The translations under genes and the position numbers were made by a program. Below are positions 26,810 to 32,000 of a DNA stretch of 32,000 nt, in pieces (position 1 is the stretch's first letter; each line of letters opens with the position of its first letter). The notes below the pieces were generated by a model. It made no database searches and had not been told where the DNA came from. It saw only the letters and a program-made list of their open reading frames with translations. Location: the NCBI GenBank assembly GCA_942493095.1, contig OW818675.1, positions 780,001 through 812,000 of the forward strand. Reading direction: 5' to 3'. Source of the DNA: Candidatus Electronema halotolerans. Its GTDB lineage: Bacteria > Desulfobacterota > Desulfobulbia > Desulfobulbales > Desulfobulbaceae.

Positions 26810-27705
26810 AGATACTTCCCTGAACGTTTCTGGTCAAGCAGCGGCAATTCTTTTTGTGATAATCCAGTTAATTTCATGACAAGCTCCACAGCAAGTCCTT
26901 CCTGAAGCATGGCCGCAGCAATCTCTTGTTGACGATTGCGTCTTCCCGTTTCCTGTCCCTCGATAAATTTTTTCTGCTGCAATTCTTCCAGATGAAATTC
27001 ATCAATCATCCACGCCCGCTCTTCCGGCGAAATTTGATCTCGGCGAATGGCCTCGAAGAGTTTCTGGATAGCAGACTGCCTGTATTGCGTTTCATCAACC
27101 TCTTCATCTAAGGTATCATTGATGGCCCGCAGCCAGTCCCGGCACGGTTCTGGGGTGTCCTCGTTGACATATTTTGGGCAAAGATAAATTACCTTGTGAT
27201 CAATCTCATGCAGCGGCCTGCCTTGCAAATCGTGCGGATCGAAATTAATCAGAGAAATATCCCGCTGATGTCGGTCGCCAGAAGTCAGCACCACCACCGT
27301 GAAAACCTTCAGATTGGGATGATAATTCTGCGCCTTGACAATTTGCTCCAGCAAGGCGGCGCAGTGATAATAGAGAAAACGGTCATAATGATCTGAGGTG
27401 CGGGCGTGTTGAATATCAACAATCACTCGATGTTGTAAATCTTCAGCAAAAAGATCAAATCGAGGTTTAATATAACCAACAGGAGGATCAAATTCCTTTT
27501 CCGTCTCCACATGATCGATTTCCAACGGGAGGCCGATGACATCCTTGGCAAAGGCAGTGAAAATTTCCGGGTCGCAGAATGCCTTTTTAAAAACAACTCC
27601 GTATTTCAACGAGGCAACTTGTTTCATGATCGTCCTATTACGCTGTTTGTCTGATAATTGCAGAGATGATGCCGGACAATTTTCCACATATTTAACATAA
27701 GTCAT
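26806..27705 (-). CDS. Rpn-type / PD-(D/E)XK nuclease family transposase-like protein
   Basis: 299 aa; VASLKYGVVFKKAFCDPEIFTAFAKDVIGLP, FDLFAEDLQHRVIVDIQHARTSDHYDRFLYYHCAALLEQ; stop codon overlaps the nuoI ATG. Confidence 0.87.
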   Translation of the reverse strand: MTYVKYVENCPASSLQLSDKQRNRTIMKQVASLKYGVVFKKAFCDPEIFTAFAKDVIGLPLEIDHVETEKEFDPPVGYIKPRFDLFAEDLQHRVIVDIQHARTSDHYDRFLYYHCAALLEQIVKAQNYHPNLKVFTVVVLTSGDRHQRDISLINFDPHDLQGRPLHEIDHKVIYLCPKYVNEDTPEPCRDWLRAINDTLDEEVDETQYRQSAIQKLFEAIRRDQISPEERAWMIDEFHLEELQQKKFIEGQETGRRNRQQEIAAAMLQEGLAVELVMKLTGLSQKELPLLDQKRSGKYL

Positions 27706-27781
27706 GTTTGCTTGAACAACAACAAATTGCTGTATTTTTTGCTCTCTTTTTTATGACAATCAAGTTGCTTTTATCAATTAT

Positions 27782-28549
27782 TTATACCTTACTATGAGCG
27801 TTGCTATCTGCTGTGATCATAGAAATGATTTCTTGTTTCACATAGACAAGGTGTTGATAGATGCGTTTCAAGTCGTCAAGTTTCGTTGCATCGAAATTTT
27901 GTGAAATAAAATATTGATATGTTTCACTTGCGAGTTTTTCAAGAATCACAAAATGCCAACTCCCTCCGATAATGTATGCTCCTTTGATCGTGTTCCACGT
28001 ATTGAGTTCCAGCGCGCTGATCAATTCAGCTAAAAGTTGAGGACGAGGATTGCCATATTCTTCGCTCCGTTTAAATTCTTGAATGAAAAAATATGGGCGC
28101 TTGCTCTCGACTAAGCCTTCAGCCACCACGAAGTCAACAGTCCCATTGAAGACAAAACGACTTGTGGCGTATGTCATGGACACTTCATAAAAATCTCGAA
28201 TGCGTCGTTCAAATGATGCAAAACGAACTCGTTTGAGCAGCGGGCCGATAAAGTTGATTTTCAAGTCCTCTTCACCATAGCTTTCCATCAAAACGGCATT
28301 CTCGTCAAGCAGCTCGGCCAAAAACGCTTCCGTTTCACGATCAATGTCAACTGATCTATCAAACCATTCATCAAACCGATGCTGATCAATATTCCGTTCA
28401 ATCTCAAATAGCGAGGTTAAGTCGCGATCCCGAATTTTGCTGTACTGATAGGTCGGAATCGGAGGTGTCTTTTTTCCTTCAAGGAAACTGACTTTCCTCT
28501 TGAGTTCTTCGATTTCCTGCAAGAGTTGCGTTTCAAACTCGCTCCTCAT
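27782..28549 (-). CDS. Unknown protein, possible PD-(D/E)XK nuclease-like fold
   Basis: 255 aa; GTVDFVVAEGLVESKRPYFFIQEFKRSEEYGNPRPQLLAELISALEL resembles D...E-x-K followed by an alpha helix with Q. Confidence 0.6.
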   Translation of the reverse strand: MRSEFETQLLQEIEELKRKVSFLEGKKTPPIPTYQYSKIRDRDLTSLFEIERNIDQHRFDEWFDRSVDIDRETEAFLAELLDENAVLMESYGEEDLKINFIGPLLKRVRFASFERRIRDFYEVSMTYATSRFVFNGTVDFVVAEGLVESKRPYFFIQEFKRSEEYGNPRPQLLAELISALELNTWNTIKGAYIIGGSWHFVILEKLASETYQYFISQNFDATKLDDLKRIYQHLVYVKQEIISMITADSNAHSKV

Positions 28550-28602
28550 GCCATTATCTCTAGTGTAAGTTCATGCACGACATGATTTCATTGCAAAAAA
28601 GA

Positions 28603-29673
28603 TCACCCCGCCCAGCCTTGCGCGACAAACAGGCCAGACAGCATCAACAGGAGCAGATTGGCAGGCAGCATAATCCGCCATTCCAAATACATGAGCTGAT
28701 CGACCCGGATTCTGGGGAAGGTCCAGCGGAACCACATGTAAATAAAGACGATAAAAAAGGCCTTGGCAAAGAACCAGATGAAGCCGGGAATGAAGTTCAA
28801 CATAGGAAACGGTGCAAAAAAGCCACCAAGGAAAAAAGTGGTGATCAGGCAGGCTGAGACAAACATGTTGACGAATTCGCCCAAGAAAAACATGGCAAAG
28901 CCCATGCCTGAATATTCAGTGGCAAAACCGCCAGTCAGCTCAGATTCTGCCTCAGCAATGTCAAAGGGAGTCCGGTTCAGCTCCGCTGTGGAGGCGATCA
29001 GATACATGATAAAGGCGAAAATGCCGAGAAAAGGCAGCTTGAAAATCCACCAGTCAAAAATGGTGCCCTGCTGGGACAAAACAATGCCGCGCAGGGAGGC
29101 CGTGCCGGAGACCATGACAATCAGGAGCATGAGCAGGGCGATGGAAATCTCAAAGGAAACCATCTGCGCGCCGGAGCGCATCGCACCCAGGAGCGAATAT
29201 TTATTGTTCGAGGCCCAGCCTGCCAAGAGAATGCCGAGAACGCTGAGGCCGGACACACCCAGCACATAGAGCACTCCGCCTGCCGGGTCGGCCACTTGCA
29301 GGTGATGATCAAACGGAATGACCGCCAGCACAAGAAAGGCGGCACTGACCGGCAGGAGCGGGGCGAGGAAGAAAATAAAGGTGTCCGCGCCATCCGGCTT
29401 GAGAATCTCTTTGAAAATTGTTTTGATGCCGTCAGCCACGGCCTGAAGCAGCCCGTGCGGCCCAACCCGCATTGGCCCAAGACGGACTTGAAAATGGGCG
29501 GAAACCTTGCGCTCCAAGTAAATCAGCACTGCGCCCAAAGAGCCAACCAGAGCCATCAGGCTGAGGAGGGCCAGTAGTCCGTTGACCAGCACGGCAAGGT
29601 GGGGCGGAAAAAGACTGCGGACAAGATCGCCTATCGGGTTGTTGACCGGGTATGATTCTGGGTAAGGCAGCAT
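28603..29673 (-). CDS. nuoH: NADH-quinone oxidoreductase subunit H
   Basis: 356 aa; YLERKVSAHFQVRLGPMRVGPHGLLQAVADGIKTIFKEI, ELTGGFATEYSGMGFAMFFLGEF. Confidence 0.95.
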   Translation of the reverse strand: MLPYPESYPVNNPIGDLVRSLFPPHLAVLVNGLLALLSLMALVGSLGAVLIYLERKVSAHFQVRLGPMRVGPHGLLQAVADGIKTIFKEILKPDGADTFIFFLAPLLPVSAAFLVLAVIPFDHHLQVADPAGGVLYVLGVSGLSVLGILLAGWASNNKYSLLGAMRSGAQMVSFEISIALLMLLIVMVSGTASLRGIVLSQQGTIFDWWIFKLPFLGIFAFIMYLIASTAELNRTPFDIAEAESELTGGFATEYSGMGFAMFFLGEFVNMFVSACLITTFFLGGFFAPFPMLNFIPGFIWFFAKAFFIVFIYMWFRWTFPRIRVDQLMYLEWRIMLPANLLLLMLSGLFVAQGWAG

Positions 29674-29689
29674 GGCATTTCACCTGTGT

Positions 29690-30856
29690 TTAACGGTCGA
29701 TATCCGGGATGACTAAGTCGAGGGTTGACATGATGGTGATTAAATCCGCCACCTTGTGTCCGGCAGCCAGCTCGTTCAGCACGCTCAGGTTGGAGAAATT
29801 CGGCGAGCGGTATTTAAGCCGGTAGGGCTTGGCATCGCCTTCAGAGACAATATAAACACCGAGCAGGCCGCGTGGAGTCTCAACTTGGTTGTAATAACTG
29901 CCTTTGGGCAGCTTGTAATTCGGCTTGGGCTGGCTGCGGTGCGGCCCGCCGGGAAAGCGCGCCACTGCCTGTTCTAAAATGCGCAGCGATTGCTCCATTT
30001 CCTCCATGCGGACTTGGCAGCGGTCGTAGCTGTCGCCTGTGCTGCCGAGCGGAATGTCGAAATCAAACTGCTCGTAGATCGAATAGGGATCGTTGCGGCG
30101 GATATCGTAGTTGACCCCGGAACCGCGCAGCACTGGCCCGGTGCAGCCATAAGAAAGGGCTTTCTCTGGCGAGAGAATACCTATTCCCTTGGTGCGCTCC
30201 AAGAAGATGATGTTTTTGTTGAGCAGGGTTTGGTATTCGTCCAACTGCTTGCGCAAAAGAGGAATCAGGCTTTTGATGCGAGGAATGAAGCCATCCGGCA
30301 CATCTGCCGAGGCACCGCCGGGCCGGAAATAGTTCACAGTCAGGCGTGCGCCGCAGAGTTCTTCAAAAATATCGTTGATCAGCTCGCGCTCGCGGAAGCC
30401 ATAAAAATAGGTGGTGAAGGCACCCATGTCCATGCCGAGAACACCCCACCAAAGCAGGTGCGACTGGAGCCGTTGCAACTCGCTGACCATGACCCGGATG
30501 TATTCGCCGCGCTCCGGCACACCGATGTTCAATGCTTTTTCAACGGTCATGCAGAGGCAGAGATTGTTGAAAAAGGCGGACAGATAGTCGAGCCGGTCAG
30601 ACAGGTGGATGTTCTGGATGTATGTCTGGCTTTCCGCCATCTTCTCGATGCCACGATGGATGTAGCCAAGATGCGGCACCACTTCCACGACGGTCTCGCC
30701 GTTGAGCCGGACCACCACCCGGAGTACGCCGTGGGTGCTGGGATGCTGCGGCCCGATGTTGACAAAGAAGTCTTCCGCTTCGCTGTCCTCGGATAATGGC
30801 AGCTTGAAGCCTTCCGGTAACGGACTGGCAGATATGCCTACTGTTTCTGTTTGCAT
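29690..30856 (-). CDS. nuoD: NADH-quinone oxidoreductase subunit D
   Basis: 388 aa; FVNIGPQHPSTHGVLRVVVRLNGETVVEVVPHLGYIHRGIEKMAE, ITVSGLRIP-like region RLTVNYFRPGG, C-term ISTLDLVIPDIDR-like ending. Confidence 0.95.
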   Translation of the reverse strand: MQTETVGISASPLPEGFKLPLSEDSEAEDFFVNIGPQHPSTHGVLRVVVRLNGETVVEVVPHLGYIHRGIEKMAESQTYIQNIHLSDRLDYLSAFFNNLCLCMTVEKALNIGVPERGEYIRVMVSELQRLQSHLLWWGVLGMDMGAFTTYFYGFRERELINDIFEELCGARLTVNYFRPGGASADVPDGFIPRIKSLIPLLRKQLDEYQTLLNKNIIFLERTKGIGILSPEKALSYGCTGPVLRGSGVNYDIRRNDPYSIYEQFDFDIPLGSTGDSYDRCQVRMEEMEQSLRILEQAVARFPGGPHRSQPKPNYKLPKGSYYNQVETPRGLLGVYIVSEGDAKPYRLKYRSPNFSNLSVLNELAAGHKVADLITIMSTLDLVIPDIDR

Positions 30857-30893
30857 CTCATTCTCTCAGTTCAGGCGGCAACAGCAATGAATT

Positions 30894-31286
30894 TCATATC
30901 TCGGTCAAATAGCTGCTCATGATTTCGTCCAGCACTTCCGGCAAGGCAGGAGTTACAGCAAAAATGATTCCCGTGACTGTATGTTTATGTTCAGAAAAAC
31001 CAAGGGCAGGTTTATGGGCAGCATTGTTATAGCGAAATCGTAGCATGGCATCAGCATTCTGATAATGAAATGAATACATTTTTCTGTCAAGGCCATGCCG
31101 GAGATCAAGATACTCTTTGAAAAAAAGCGTTGAACCGTCGGTAAAAGTCACAATTCCTTTCAGCAGACCGAGCTGTTCTGTTCGCATATCTGCGGTCAGC
31201 TCAGAATGAACAAGCAGTTCACTGCGGCTGAACTCCGCAAGAACATTCTGAATATCAAGGACATATTCACTGAACAGCATACTCAA
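30894..31286 (-). CDS. TumE-like (DUF6516) toxin-antitoxin family protein
   Basis: 130 aa; LLKGIVTFTDGSTLFFKEYLD...KMYSFHYQNADAMLRFRYNNAAHKP...SEHKHTVTG...LPEVLDEIM. Confidence 0.72.
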   Translation of the reverse strand: MSMLFSEYVLDIQNVLAEFSRSELLVHSELTADMRTEQLGLLKGIVTFTDGSTLFFKEYLDLRHGLDRKMYSFHYQNADAMLRFRYNNAAHKPALGFSEHKHTVTGIIFAVTPALPEVLDEIMSSYLTEI

Positions 31287-31560
31287 TCTGTTGCAGCAGA
31301 TGGAGTTCTTCCAACACCGCTTGACGGATATTGATTTCTCCCATCCAGCTTACATAATCATCATCTCCGCCTGCCAAATCTTCCGCTGAACAGTCGTTCT
31401 GAAATTGTTCTGAAGACATATTGTATTTTTCTTCAAATTTCTGAATTTCTTTTTCTGTTTTCCGCAGGCCGATTTCGATGCGCCTCATTTTGGCGGCAAT
31501 GGCGGATTGAATAACAGGAAGTGCATTCTGCTGATCAGAAGCAATATGAAGCCGTATCAT
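31267..31560 (-). CDS. Putative antitoxin partner of the TumE-like protein
   Basis: 97 aa; LRKTEKEIQKFEEKYNMSSEQFQNDCSAEDLAGGDDDYVSWMGEINIRQAVLEEL; overlaps the toxin start by 20 bp. Confidence 0.68.
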   Translation of the reverse strand: MIRLHIASDQQNALPVIQSAIAAKMRRIEIGLRKTEKEIQKFEEKYNMSSEQFQNDCSAEDLAGGDDDYVSWMGEINIRQAVLEELHLLQQIEYAVQ

Positions 31561-31579
31561 TTTTTCTATCCTTATGACT

Positions 31580-31996
31580 TTAGCTGTCCAGCACCTTGCC
31601 TCGCAACTGCTTGATTCTGCCCTGCCGTGTCTTCCTTTCCAAGCGTTTTTTCTGAGCTGCCTGTGTTATTCTGGTCGGCCTGCGCACTTTCTGCACAACC
31701 ATCGCCCTTTTGATCAAATCCCGCAGCCGCTCCAGCGCATCCTGCCGGTTCTGCTCCTGAGTCCGATATTGCTGGGCCTTGATGATTACCACGCCGTCCT
31801 TGCTCACCCGCGCATCGTTGAGGCAAAGCAAACGCTGCTTGCAGTGATCGGGCAGCGATGAGGCGTTGATGTCAAAACGCAGATGAATCGCTGAGGCAAC
31901 TTTGTTGACGTTCTGCCCGCCCGCTCCCTGCGCCCGGATGGCCAGCAGCTCAATCTCATGATGAGGAATGGAAATATTACGGGAAATGTGAAGCAT
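31580..31996 (-). CDS. arfB: Alternative ribosome-rescue factor ArfB / peptidyl-tRNA hydrolase YaeJ
   Basis: 138 aa; release-factor motif RAQGAGGQNVNKVASAIHLRFD; basic C-term QKKRLERKTRQGRIKQLRGKV. Confidence 0.93.
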   Translation of the reverse strand: MLHISRNISIPHHEIELLAIRAQGAGGQNVNKVASAIHLRFDINASSLPDHCKQRLLCLNDARVSKDGVVIIKAQQYRTQEQNRQDALERLRDLIKRAMVVQKVRRPTRITQAAQKKRLERKTRQGRIKQLRGKVLDS

Positions 31997-32000
31997 GTTT

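Noticed and set aside
23628-26905. Plus-strand ORFs 23628..24281, 24402..25031, 25480..26298, 25950..26474 and 26243..26905
   Set aside because: Antisense to well-supported nuoL/K/J/I genes, with no domain signal

Overview
Chromosomal window from what looks like a deltaproteobacterial (possibly Desulfobulbales-like, inference only) genome. Left to right: partial ygiQ-type radical SAM gene and an LptF/LptG-family permease (minus); an ASKHA/RACo-type ATPase (DUF4445-like), a DHH-family phosphoesterase and two translationally coupled GlgC-like nucleotidyltransferases (plus); tRNA-Arg(CCT); a UDP-glucuronate decarboxylase-like gene coupled to gmd, whose 3' end overlaps a type II R-M pair (beta-class methyltransferase with a C-terminal SNase-like extension, plus an MjaI-like endonuclease); a 250-bp MITE-like inverted-repeat segment; a cobalamin-riboswitch-headed cbiK(P)/FecCD/FecE-type ABC cluster (minus); two adjacent exported Met/Gln/Asn/Gly-rich paralogs with a shared core and in one a 51-bp tandem repeat (minus); and a complex I set nuoD-H-I-J-K-L-M-N (minus). 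The nuo set is punctuated by co-directional cargo: a TumE-like toxin/antitoxin pair, an Rpn/PDDEXK transposase-family protein, a putative PD-(D/E)XK protein, a Uma2-family nuclease, two unknown proteins and a Doc toxin/antitoxin pair. The strongest candidates for undescribed biology are the Met-rich exported pair and the nuclease/TA cargo woven into the respiratory operon. No database searches were run; all family calls are by motif recognition.
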